64,000 nucleotides of DNA. It comes from Mustelus asterias. Lineage: Eukaryota. A program made the position numbers and the translations under genes. Shown here in pieces: positions 11,401 to 23,044 of the stretch. How positions within the stretch are numbered: the stretch's first letter is position 1; every line of letters starts with the position of its first letter. A model generated the notes under the pieces. The model ran no database searches. It was not told the DNA's origin and saw only the letters and a list, made by a program, of their open reading frames with translations. The stretch spans positions 1,178,001 through 1,242,000 of the forward strand of contig NC_135823.1 in assembly GCF_964213995.1 (NCBI RefSeq). The letters run 5' to 3'.

Positions 11401-14400
11401 TCACAATTAAGGCTTAAATTACTGTGAAATTCCCCTTGTCACCACAGTCCCGCGCCTGCTCGGGTCAATGCACATAGCCAGAATGATTTTTAAACTGTGG
11501 GAGGAAATCGGAGCACCCGGAGGAAACCCACGCAGACACGGGGAGAACGTGCAAACTCAACACAGACAGCGACCTAAGCCGAGGATTGAACCCGTGTCCC
11601 TGACACTGTGAAGCAGCATTGCTAACCACTATCCCACTGTCACGGCAATCCCAACAATTAATTAATTTCCAACTGTACGCGGGTGGGAGGAAACTGGGAA
11701 CTGACTGACGGAGAACTATACTCACCGCGAAAATAAAGCAAGCGAAAAGTAGCAGAAATCTGGCAAACATCAATGAAAACTGCTGGAAATCCGCAGAAAC
11801 GTCTGACTGAGGTATTCTAACCAGAACATTGACTCAATCGTTGTATGATCATTTGGAAGAGGCGCAGAGATATATGCTCTGATTCCAAAGTGTGGACGTA
11901 TGTGATTTGATTCGCAATTAGATGCTTCAGACAGTGAGCTGCTCGCTGATAGCCGCATGAAGTATCCTGGATGGGACATCTTGCAACTTATTCCAAAATC
12001 CAGCAATTTCCTGTATGATATTAAAATATTTGCAAAGCACTTACCTGAACTGAACAGTCTTGTGTTCGCTTTCCATATGTTTGGCGACAGTCGTCTGTGT
12101 AAGAAAGTGGAAGATATCAATTTAGGAAAGCAATTAGGAACGCAAAGAGCGGATATCAGAAAGTTCTGGCTGGTAAAAGTAGGGAAAATCCAAGCATAAT
12201 CGGCATATATGTCAACAGGAGGAGGATAACCAGGAAAAAATAGAGCCCATTAGGCACGAAAGGGGCAAACTGTGGGTGGAGCCAGAGGACATTGGTGGGT
12301 TGCTAAATGAATGCATCACATCCTTCCTCACCCGAGGGAATGAGGACAATGGTCCAAAATTCAGGGAGAGGGACTGTGTGGTTTTTGAGCAAATTGGCAT
12401 TGGGTAGGACAAGCTATTTGAGGTGTTGGCAGCCTTACAAGTGGATACATCTCCAAGTCCAGCTGAATTGCGCCATCAGCTCCTGTGCGAGGCAAGAGGG
12501 AAGATTGCAGGGGCGCTGGCTCGTATTTTTCAATTCCATTCTGGCCACGGGAGGTCCCATAAAACTGGGGAATAGCAAATATGGTTCGACTATTCAGGAA
12601 GAGTAGTAGAGATGAACCAGGGAACTACAGACAAGTGAATCTCACTTCAGTGGGAGGGAAACAATGAGATAAACTTCTGAGGGAGAGCATCCATCGACAC
12701 TTTTGGAGAGGCAAAGCTTGTGCAGAGATATTGAACATGGCTTCGTCAGAGGGAGGTCATGCCAAACAAATTTGATTGAATTTTATGAGGCTGACAAGGT
12801 GTGTAGACGAACGTAGTGCAGTGGATGTAACTTATGTGGATTTCAGCAAAACCTTTGACATGGTTCCACATGGGAGACTTGCAAAGAAGATAAACTCACG
12901 TGGGATTCAGGGTAATTTCATAAAGTGCATTCAAAATTGGATCAGTTGAAGGAGACAGCGGGTGACGACAGAAGAATGCTTTAGTGACTGGACACCAGTG
13001 TCCAGTGGCGTACCACAGGGTCCTGTGTTGTGCCCCCTATTTTTCGACATTTACATAAATGACACTGATATTTCTGTGGCGGGTAGGATTAGTTAGTTTG
13101 CAGAAGACACAAGGATTGGACGTACGGCTAACAGTGAGGTGGAATGCCTTGGGCTACAAGGACATAGAGACAGAATGGTCAAATGGGTAAATAAGTGGCA
13201 GATTAAATTTAACACTGAAACGTGTGAAGTGATGCACTTTGAAGGAGTAATTTGACAAGAATGTATTCTATGAATGGTAGGACACCCGGAAGTTCTGTGG
13301 AATAAAGGGACCTTGGCGTCTTCATCCACAGATCTCTGAAAGTGGAAGGGCATGATACTAGGGAGGTGGAAAGGGCAAATAAGACATTTTCATTTATCAT
13401 TCGAGGCATTGATTGCAAAAACAGGGAAGTCATGTTGGAATTGTATAGGACTTTCGTGAGGCCACAGCAAGAGAACCGTGTGCAGTTATGGTCGCCGCAT
13501 TATCGGAAGTATATGATTGCACTGGAGGGGGTGCAGAGGAGATTCACTCGGATGCTGCCTGGAATAGAACATCTAAATTAGAAAATTTGGTTGGATAGGC
13601 TTGGGGTGTTTTCGTTGGAACAGAGAAGATTTAGTGGTGACCTGTTCGAGGTGTACAAGATTATGAGGGACATGGACAGGATGCAGCTATTCCCCTCAGT
13701 TGAAAGGTCAGTCACAAGGGGGCATAGGTGTAAGGTGAGGGACAGGAAATTTAGGGGGGAATGTGAGGAAAAGCTTTTTCACCCAGGGGGTGGTGAGGGA
13801 CTGGAATGCGGTGGCTGGGAATCTGGTGGTTGTGGGTTGCCTCACATCATTTAAAAAGTATCTGGATGAGCATTTGGCGCATTATAATATTCAGGGCCGT
13901 GGGCCAAGTGCTGGCAGATGGGATTAGGCATGAGTTCGCGTGCTTCTAATGTGTCGGTCTGGACTCGAAGGGCCGAATGGCCTCTACTGCGCTATATAAA
14001 TCTATAATTCCAGAAATTAAATCTAATCCTGTTCCGGCTAAACTATAAATAATTTGAGACACAGCGCACCAATGATGCCCTGTTACACCAATGGGCCCAA
14101 TACCTCAATAGGTCCCACTGGGTGTCAATTCAAAGAATGCTTCCACATATACCACGTTTTTCTGATACACAACTGGTCCTTCAATACATCAACTGTCAAA
14201 CAATATTTCAAATGTCAAACCAATGACGGTCGGACTGAGAGGGGATAAATCCGAGGGTTCGGCCACTGAGTCTATATGGGTAGAACTGAGAAATTAGAAG
14301 GAGAAATCACTTTGATAGGGTTGTACTAGAGGCCCCCAAATAGTCAGCGGGAAATTGAGCAGAAAATATGTAAAGAGATTACAGATAGCTCCACGAAACA

Positions 14401-17400
14401 TAGTCGGAGATTTTAACTTTCCCAACATTAACTGGGGCAGCCATAGTATTAGAGGGTTGGATGGAGAGAAATTTGTTGAGTATATTCAGGAGAAGCGTCT
14501 CATTTAGTATGTGAATGTTCCGACGAGAGAGGGGGCAAAACCTGATCTCCTCTTGGGAAATAAGGAAGGGCAGGTGACAGAAGTGTTCGTGAGGGATCAC
14601 TTTGGGACCAGTAACCATAATTCTATTGGTTCTAAGATAGCTATGGAGAATGATAGGTCTGGCCCAAAAGTTAAAATTCTTAACTGGGGCAAGGCCAATT
14701 TTGATGGTATCAGGCAGTAACTTTCAACAGTTAATTGGCGGAGTCGGTGGGAAGGCAAAGGGACGTCTGGTAAGTGGCACGCTTTCAACAGTGTGTTAAC
14801 CACAATTCAGGGTAAACTCATTCCTTTTAGAGAGAAGGGAAAGGCTGGCAGAAGTAGGGCAAGGCTGGCAGAAACAGGGAACCCTGCATGATTCTGGATA
14901 TGTGAGGGCCTGGTCAAGAAAAAGAAAGAGGCAGATGACATGCATAGGCAGCTGGGGTCAAATGAATCCCTTGAAGATTTTAGGGGGTGCAGGAGTAGAG
15001 TTAAGAGAGAAATCAGGAGGGCAAAAACTGGTCACGAGATTGTTTTGGCAGTTAAGGCAAAGTAGAATCCAAAGAGCTTCTATAAATTCATAATGGACTT
15101 AATAGTAACAATGGAGAGAGTAGGGCCTCTTAAGGATCAACAAGGTCATATATGTGCTGATCCACAAGAGATGGGTGAGACCCTAAATGAATATTTCTCA
15201 TCAGCATTCACTGTTGAGAAAAGCATGGATGTTAGGGAACTTGAAGAAATAAATAGTGATGTCTTGACGAGTGTACATATACAGAGAATGATATGGTAGA
15301 AGTCTTAAAGCTCTTCAAGGTAGATAAATCCCCGAGACCTCATGAAGTGTATCCCAGGACATTGGGGGAGGCCAGGGAGGAAATTGCGTGCCCCCGAGCC
15401 AAGATGTTTGAATCTTCGATAGTCACGGGTGAGGTGCCTGAAGCTTGGAGAGTGGCAAATGTTGTGACTTTTTTAAAAGGGCTGCAGGGAAAACCGTGGG
15501 AACCACAGTCCAGTGAGCGTCTCATCTGTGGTGGGTAAATTCTTGGGAGATATTCTTGAACATATTTTGAAAGACAGGATCTACAGGCAATTAGAGACGC
15601 AAGGACTGATTAGGGACAGTCAGCATGGCTTTGTGTTTGGAAAATCATGTCTCACAAATTTGATTGAACTTTTTGAAGAGGTAACCAAGAAGGTAGAAAT
15701 GGGCAGTGCAGTTGATGTTGTCTACATGGACTTTAATAAGGCCTTTGGCAAGGTAGCACATGGTAGGTTGTTGCATCAGGTTAAATCTCAGGGCATCCAG
15801 GGTGAGGTATCTAAATGGAAACAAAATTGGCTCCTTGACAGAAGCCAGAAGGTGGTTGCAGAGAGTTGTTTCTGAAACTGGAGGCCTGTGAACAGCGGTG
15901 TGCCTCAGGGATCAGTGCTGGGTGCACTGTTATTTGTCATTAATATTATGATTTGAATGAGAACATCGGAGGCATGGTTAGTAAGTTTGCAGATGACACT
16001 AAGATTGGCGGCATAGTGGACAGTGAACAAAGTTATCTCCAATTGCAACGGGATCTTGATCAATGGGGCCAGTGGGCTGACGAACGGCAGATGGAGTTCA
16101 ATTCAGACAAATGCAAGTTAATGCATTTTGGTAGATTGAACCAGGACAGGACTTACTCAGTTTTTGGTAGGGCGTTGGAGAGAGTTACAGAACAAAGAGA
16201 CCTAGGGGTACATGTTCATTGCTCCTTGAAAGTGGAGTCACAAGTGGACAAAGTGGTGAAGAAGGCATTCGGCATGCTTGGTGTCATCGGTCACCACATT
16301 GAATACAGGAGTTGGAATGTCTTGTTGAAGTTGTACAAGACATTGGTAAGGCCAGACGTGGAATACTGTGTGCAATTCTGGTCACCCTATTCTAGAAAGG
16401 ATATTATTAAACTAGAAAGAGTGTAGAAAATATTTACTAGAATGCTACCGGGACTTGATGGATTGAGTTATAAAGAGAGGCTTGATAGACTGGGACCTTT
16501 TTCTCTGAAACGTTGGAAGGCTGAGGGGTGATCTTATAGAGGTCTATAAAATAATGAGGGGCACAGATCAGCGAGATCGTGAATATATTTTCCCAAAGGT
16601 AGGGGAGTCTAAAACTAGAGGGCATTGGTTTAAGGTGAGAGGGGAGAGATACAAAAGTGTCCAGAGGGGAATTGTTTTTCACACAGAGGGTATTGAGTAT
16701 CTGGAACAAGCTGCCAGAAGTGGTAGTAGAGGCGGGTACAATTTTGTCTTTTAAAAAGCATTTCGATAGTTACATGGGTACGATCGGTATAGAGGGATAT
16801 GGGCCAAATGCGGGCAATTGTGATTAGCTTAGGGGTTTAAAAAAATAAGGACGGCATGGACAATTTGGGCCGAAGGGCCTGTTTCCATGCTGCAAACCTC
16901 TATGACTCGATTACCTCTTTGCCTCTAGAACTCTAATCGATCCCAATTCACCAATGGAGGAACAAGGAATATCTACCCCACCTGGCATCGATTGTCCATC
17001 TGATATTTCACTGTCGGAAGTAACAATCAACAATTATGCATTTTTATGGGGCCGACAGATAGTGGATTAATTGAAGAACATTTTGATTGAGCAAGGTTGA
17101 CGTATCAAACGCTTAATTTCTTCCATTTTGGCATTGCTTAGCAGTGCTTCCACAAAGCACCAGTGACCGGGGTTTAATTACAGGCTTGGGTAACTCTCCG
17201 TGTGGAGCTTGCAGGCCCTCCTGATATCTGCGTGGATTTCTTCCAAGTACTCCCGTTTCCTCCCATGGTCCAAAGAGTGTAGGTTAGGTGGATTCGCATG
17301 CAGAATTGGCTCTTACTATCCAAAGATTTGTTGTAAGGTGGATTGGTCATGCTAAATTGCCCGTTAGTGCCCAGAAATACGCAGGTTCTGCATTGTCCCT

Positions 17401-20400
17401 TCGTATCCAAAGATGTGCACGTTAGGTGGATGGGCCATGCTCATTTGTGCTTACCGTCCATGGCATTCTTTGTGTAAATGTGTGAAGTTACGGGGATTGA
17501 GCCTGGGTGGGATTGTTGTCAATGCAGGCTGGATGGGCCGACTGACCTCCTGCACTGCAAAGACTCTATGATGTTTCTGTTCAGTGATATTGAATCTTTG
17601 CCAATGTTTGGATGCAACTTACCCGTTTGTCTCTCTTTCCACTGCCCTCTACGCAGTGTCTCTCTCAAGCTAAAACTGGATAAGGATAAAAAAAATAAAC
17701 AGGTGTCATATCCGGCAAACCCTGGCCTGGAAGTATTTGAAAGAAAGGATAATCAATTTTCTAACATGGAAAATTTCAACATGGAATCAGTGGTGGTTTT
17801 GAACTGTGTTTTACATGGTACCTAATACAGAGGGAGTTTTTGTGATGAACTTTGAAAATGGCTCAGTTACTCACCTTTCATTATTGGCTCCCTTTGCTCG
17901 CTCTTCTGAAACAAGACATTGTGATCAGCAATTTAAAACTACGAGGGGAGTCGTTTTGGATGAACAATAATAATGATAGCCCGATTAAACATCATTCCTC
18001 ACCTGATCTGCCGCTCTTCCAAATACAAATGGAAAGAAGGACAAAGAGGAGAATCGGGATCAACAGGATAATTATGACAACGGCATGTTCCAGATTGCAC
18101 CATCCTATGTAGAGAAAACTATTAGCAATTGCTGCTGGGTAAAATAAATCTTGCCTCATTCCGAGTACGGAAAACTGAACGCAGACACTCCAACCACTGC
18201 CTCTTGACATTCCATGTTATAACCATAACTGAACCACCACTGGCTATTTTTTTGAGGTTATCATTGACCAAAATCTCAACTCGAATCCCAACGGAAAAAG
18301 AGTGGCTACAAAAGCAGGTCAGAGGCTGGGGATCCTGCGAAGAATAACTCACCTCCTGACTCCCCAATACCTGCCCACCATCTACAAAGCACAAGTCAGG
18401 AGTGTGATGGATTACTCCCTCCTTGCCTGGTTGGGTGCAACTCCAACAACGCGAAAGAAGCTTGACACCATCAAAGGCAAAGCAGCCCGCTCGATTGGCA
18501 ACACATTCACTCACTCCAACGGCCGACGCTCAGAAGCAAAAGTGTGTGCAATCGCTGCAGCAATTCACCAAAGATCCTTAGACAGCACCTTTCAAACCCA
18601 CGGACACTTCCATCTAGAAGAACAAGGGCAGTGGATACTTGGAAACACCACCGCCTACATTTTCTCCTCCAAGCCACTCAATATCCTGGCTTGGAAATAT
18701 GTCGGCATTCTGTCGCAGTTGCAAGGTCCAAATCCGAGAATTCAATCCCAAACGTCATTTTGGGTCAACCCACAGCACGTAGACTGCACCACATCTTGGA
18801 AAGATCTAGTGAAATAGTACTACTCTACCTATTTTTTCGTCATAGCTTTGCATATTTCTCACCATCGAGTCTACATACAATTCCAATTGTGAAATGCATT
18901 GTTTGTATGCATCCATTGGCCTTTCAGACGTGTTCATGAACACAAGGTCAAACAGTGTATAACCATCTAAAAATATAATTTATGTGCCAATGCAGATCTT
19001 GATCTTAATGCGATTGAATTCGAGGTATTAGGAATTTAAAATAAAACAGATGCCAAACGGAAACTTGAGATTCTTGAGTGAGATTCTGGGAAATTGAACT
19101 CATGACTCAGGAAAAAAAACAGATTTCGAAAATAATTTCAATGCTTGTTCGTTTCCTGATTGCAAAGCGCATCCAGCGTAGGACTGACCTCAACTGTATT
19201 TGAAAGCCCATGGTCTGAAAATGGGGTGGACGCAGATTTAATAAACACATTCAACAGGGAAAACCGATTCTGGCTTGGAGAGGAGAAGTGACCGCGTTCA
19301 GGACGGCACAGTGGTCACCACTGCTGCTTCACAGTCCCAGAGAACCTGGCTCGATTCCCGGCTTGGAACACTGTGCAGAGTCGGCGCGGTCTCCCCTATC
19401 TTTGTTGGTCTCCTTGAGGTACTCCGGTTTTCTCGAACTGTCGGAAGCCATGCTGGTTGGCTGAATTGGGCATGCTAAATTCTCCTTCCGTGCACCCCAG
19501 TAGGCGCAGGAGTGTGGCGAATAGGGGTTATTCACAGCAAATTCATTGTCGCGTAAATGTGAGCATACTTGTGACACTAATAAATAATGCAGGTAAAATT
19601 GGAGGTGTCTCCTATGTAAGTAACAGACGTCAGTTTCTGAATATTTGGAACACAACCCCAACTGATTACGAGTTGAATTCAAACCAACATTGCGGTGATT
19701 AACAACTCACCTGTCCCAGTTGCTGCTGCTTTGAGGAAGGACACACTCTTAGTCCAATATTTGCCTGGAGTCCCCAGTTGAACAATGCAAGTACTGACAC
19801 CGTCACTTCTCCAGACTTGCCCCGATACCATGATATGACTTCTGATGCTGTAGGTTCCGTCCTCCTCCATTGTCCCGGGATCACTTGATCCCTCAGTGAC
19901 CAGGCCAGAAATATTCCAGAAAATAGCAATCTGGTTGGAATCAACTCCACTGACCAAACACACTAAGGGCACATTATCATTCAAATCCAGCTCACCCAGC
20001 GGGGCAAATACCTGCACAGCCGTCTTGTTGGTGGAACTATCTGGACAGAGATTGGGACACAGTTAACGATTAGTTTACACAAAAAGATAATGCTGTGCAT
20101 AATCTGAATGACTTTCAGCTGCTCTCTTACCCCCAACCAGGAGTGTGGTTCCATTCCGGAACAGTGAAGACCTCGCTATATATATACAGTAGTAGGAACC
20201 AGAGTCATTCGTCTGGACGTTGCGAATTTTCAGAATCAACATATTCCCCGGATTGGCTTTTTCACAAATAAACTTACAGTTGGCCCCAGTACAGGATGTA
20301 GTGTTTATTAGTATCGGGGCTTCACCCAGACGTTGTTTGTACCAGGCATAGTTGGACACCAAATCCACTTCATGAGTGTCATGACAGGATAATTCCACCG

Positions 20401-21085
20401 TCTGGCCCACTGCAGCTGTCATTGTGAAGGAGCTCTGAGACCGAGAGGACTGGGATTCTGTAACTAGAGAGATTATTGTGACATAAGCATTGATGATTGA
20501 AATATCTGAAGCTGATTGTAAAAATCAAATCGCCTCGACTTAAAGTTCATTTTATTAATGTCAGAAGTAAGCATACATTAACACTGCAATGAAGTTACGG
20601 TGAAAATCCCCTCGTCCCCACACTCCGGCGCCTGCTCGGATACACTGAGGGAGAATTTTTAACACCGCCAATGCACCAACTAGCACGTCTTTTGGACCGT
20701 GGGAGCAAACCGGAGCGACCGGAGGAAACCCGCGCAGACGGGGAGAGGATATGCAGACTACACACAGACAGTGACCCAAACCAGGTATCGAACCCGGTTC
20801 TCTGGCGCTGTAAGGCAGTAGTGCTATCCATTGCACAATCACATTCTTCTTTGTAATCATTGTTTGCTATACTTATTTTCTTCGCTTTATGGGTGGAACC
20901 AATAAATCAACTGACATGATCAGTTCAAGTGCCTTCACCTGAACACTGGCGTCCTCGTTCAGCTTAGAAAACGCTCATTCTGGTTTATAAAATTGATTCC
21001 GCTTAAAATTCCCACCCGCCTCTTACTCACAGTGAAACCTCAGTATTTGGAAAATGAGTATCAGAGATAGAGATTCTTCGGCCAT
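8329..21085 (-). CDS. Non-rearranging antigen-receptor-like IgSF gene (leader-VJ-C1-TM-cytoplasmic tail with ITIM-like motif); join(21085..21031,20463..20131,20040..19711,18104..18003,17905..17875,17675..17623,12094..12045,8403..8329), 342 aa
   Basis: Eight exons with GT-AG boundaries whose phases chain without a stop (55+333+330+102+31+53+50+75=1029 nt). The first six exons are well supported; joining the last two across large repeat-filled introns is inferred from phase compatibility. Confidence 0.8.
10360..10470 (+). mobile_element. Penelope-like repeat fragment with degenerate hammerhead-ribozyme core
   Basis: CTGGTGA-aGGAGC-aac-GCTCC-GAAA at 10369-10393, then ttggactttaatctggtg...ccccagtcca shared with 31691-31807. 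Confidence 0.5.
10470..10830. repeat. Degenerate (CA)/(CT) low-complexity tract
   Basis: acacacacac and tctctc runs. Confidence 0.85.
12045..12094 (-). CDS. Exon 7 (probable), 50-nt cytoplasmic exon (DDCRQTYGKRTQDCSVQ)
   Basis: Strong acceptor cttccactttcttacacag and consensus donor CAG|GTAAGT in unique sequence between LINEs; phase 1->0 bridges exon 6 and the terminal exon. Confidence 0.6.
12120..14010 (+). mobile_element. Degenerate CR1-like LINE in intron 6 of the receptor gene
   Basis: Fragmented RT and C-terminal motifs (VQLWSPHYRK, VQRRFTRMLPG). Confidence 0.88.
14245..16910 (+). mobile_element. CR1-like LINE (endonuclease remnant to 3' end) in intron 6
   Basis: PTREGAKPDLLLGN, DFNKAF, KFADD, EYCVQFWSP fragments with frameshifts. 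Confidence 0.92.
17623..17675 (-). CDS. Exon 6, 53-nt cytoplasmic exon (SFSLRETLRRGQWKERQT)
   Basis: Long polypyrimidine acceptor ttttttttatccttatccag, donor GTAAGT; phase 2->1. Confidence 0.75.
17875..17905 (-). CDS. Exon 5, 31-nt cytoplasmic mini-exon (EERAKGANNE)
   Basis: Acceptor tcttgtttcag, donor AG|GTGAGT; open in the expected phase (1->2). Confidence 0.75.
18003..18104 (-). CDS. Exon 4, connecting peptide plus transmembrane (GWCNLEHAVVIIILLIPILLFVLLSICIWKSGRS)
   Basis: Acceptor ttttctctacatag, donor GTGAGG; 102 nt, phase 1-1; uninterrupted uncharged hydrophobic helix followed by K/R. Confidence 0.88.
18250..18800 (+). mobile_element. 3' fragment of a different LINE family (L2/CR1-group) in intron 3
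   Basis: KAGQRLGILRR...IYKAQVRSVMDYS..AW, a typical post-RT region of non-LTR retrotransposons. Confidence 0.75.
19711..20040 (-). CDS. Exon 3, C1-set Ig domain
   Basis: AVQVFAP...VPLVCLVSG...IAIFWNISG...EDGTYSIRSHIMV...VW...STCIVQ; acceptor ctctgtccag, donor GTGAGT; 330 nt; only a 90-bp intron from the V exon. Confidence 0.93.
20131..20463 (-). CDS. Exon 2, V-set domain with J-like G strand in the same exon
   Basis: VGQTVELSC...AWYKQRLGEAP...LKIRNVQTNDSGSYYC...LFRNGTTLLVG; acceptor tctctag, donor GTAAGA; 333 nt, phase 1-1. Confidence 0.95.
21031..21085 (-). CDS. Exon 1, leader peptide MAEESLSLILIFQILRFH (phase 1)
   Basis: aagATGG start context, hydrophobic core LSLILIFQIL, donor GTGAGT at 21030; 55 nt. 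Confidence 0.82.
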
Positions 21086-21190
21086 CTTGATAGGAATTTC
21101 CTCGTATTGTGTCTCACTGGCTTGCTTCGACAGACGCAGTGGACACACTAACGTGGTCTGCGTTCCATTCAGTTGGGCCTTTATAGATTC
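21086..21190 (-). promoter_or_regulatory. Putative proximal promoter/5'UTR of the VJ-C1 gene
   Basis: TATAAA at 21185-21180, about 95 nt upstream of the ATG; GAGGAAATTCC (ETS/NF-kB-like) just upstream of the ATG. Confidence 0.4.
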
Positions 21191-23044
21191 AATAGAAACT
21201 ATGACGACCTCTGCTGTGGAGAGTATGTCACCATTGGAGGGCAGTGTTGGGGTGAACGCAATATTCGTTTGACAATCCTAACCGTTTGTGCGCCACAGCA
21301 CCCAACTGGTAGAGTATAATAATTAACTTTTCTCCATTGTAGTTCAGAGCGTACTATTGGATAGATGCAGGCTGAATGTTCGGGTAAACGATTTTAAAGT
21401 TTAAATATCGAAGTTTTTAATCATTCGTGGGACATGGGCGTGCTGGCTGGCCAACATTTACTGCCCATCACTGGTTGCACGTGGAGGGCATTTCAGATTC
21501 ATTGAGACTTTAGTGCCACATTGCTGTGGCTGTAAATTCGCATGTTGGCCAGACCGGGTAAGGATGGCAGATTTCCGTCCCGAAAGCACATGAGTGAACC
21601 AGATCCGTTCTTTCCCGACAATGAACAACGGTTTCATGCTCATCAGTAGATCCTTAATTACAGATTTTCATATTGAACTCAAATTTAAATCAGCTCCTGT
21701 GGCAGGATTCCAACCGTGCCCCCAGAGCATTAACTGTGTTTCTGGATTAATTGTCCTGCGATTATACCACGCTGCACCCCACAATGACTGTATTACTGTG
21801 GTTAGTATTGCTGTCTCACAGTTACAATGACCCGGGTTCGATTCCCGGCTTGGGTCACTGTCTGTGTGAAGTCTGCACGTTCTCCCCGTGTCTGCGTCGC
21901 TTTCTTCCGGGTGTCGATTCTCCAGGATAGGAGAATCCTAAACTAAAGACCATAGCTTGAAGTTGAGAGGGGAATGATTGAAAGGGTCTTTTCACACAGA
22001 GCGTGGTGCGTATATGGAATGAGCTGCCAGAGGCGCTGGCACAGGTGGGTACAATTACAACATTGATAAGACACTTGAATAAGTACATGGATGGAAAAGG
22101 CTGATAGGAATATGGGCCAAACGCAGGCAAATGGGATTCGTTCCGTTTTGGAAAGTTAGTCGGCATGAACGATTTGCGGTCGTTTCCGTGCTGTTTCTCT
22201 CTCTCAAATTGTATACGAGCTTGTACTCTGTTTAATCTAATCCACCCCAGGCTGGACACACTCATCAATCTGCATTTTAACACTTAGTCCCAGCGTTCGA
22301 CCACTGTAGGGAGCTCTGTGCATAAAGCACCACAACGATTAAAACAGGAAATGCACTGACAGCTTCTGCTCAACATGATTTTCAATCTCAAGCATCAGGT
22401 GATGAAGTGGTCGATATCCTCCCCTCAGTGAGTTTTGCAAAGCACCGAATGGGCTGTGAGTAAGGGTGTTCTCACATTCGCAACAAACAGCTGCGGTCAC
22501 AGGCAATGCGCCTCTTTGCTACCGAGCCCCGCTCTCTGCTGCTGCCTCGACTGACTCAAGCATTTCTGCAAAATACTTCGGGCACTCAGTGAGGCACAAC
22601 ACTGGCTGCTCATTTCAGAACCCATTTTGTCAGTAATCCTTTCTACCAGGCTCTTCATATTCAGATTAATGTAGCTCATGAATGTTGGGAATAATCCCTT
22701 CACCAGCGGCTCACTGGGATCGCACTGTGTAATGTTTACACAAACGCACGGTAACAAATCAGGAAGATTGCTATCTGCTTGAAATAAGTGGAAGCAGCCG
22801 AGGGGATTTTAAAGCACGACAACCTCCAATTGCCCTCCCGGCCACGCCCCACGCTGACTGTATTGCTGTGGTTAGCACTTCTGCCTCACAGTTTCAGGAA
22901 ACTGGGTTCGATTCCCGGCTCAGCTCACTGTCTGTGTGGAGTTTGCATTGTCTCCCGGTGTCTGCGAGGGTTTCCTCTGAGTGCTCCAGTTTCCTCCCGC
23001 AGTCCGATAGACGGTCTAGATAGGTGCACTGGGCTATTGTACCA

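Noticed and set aside
14150-14195. Additional 40-nt cytoplasmic exon between LINEs
   Set aside because: Weak donor, and it would introduce a stop or break the phase chain to the terminal exon.
19711-20463. A rearranging TCR or Ig light-chain locus
   Set aside because: No heptamer-spacer-nonamer flanks V; J is in the same exon; the TM lacks basic residues; the tail is long.
20939-20962. 24-nt leader mini-exon (SERGRQCS)
   Set aside because: Weak AAG acceptor, only a 68-nt upstream intron, and not needed for frame; RNA-seq could rescue it.
22723-22750. CACTGTG followed by ACAAACGCA as an RSS
   Set aside because: Spacer is 10 nt, the nonamer is poor and no V or J segment is adjacent.
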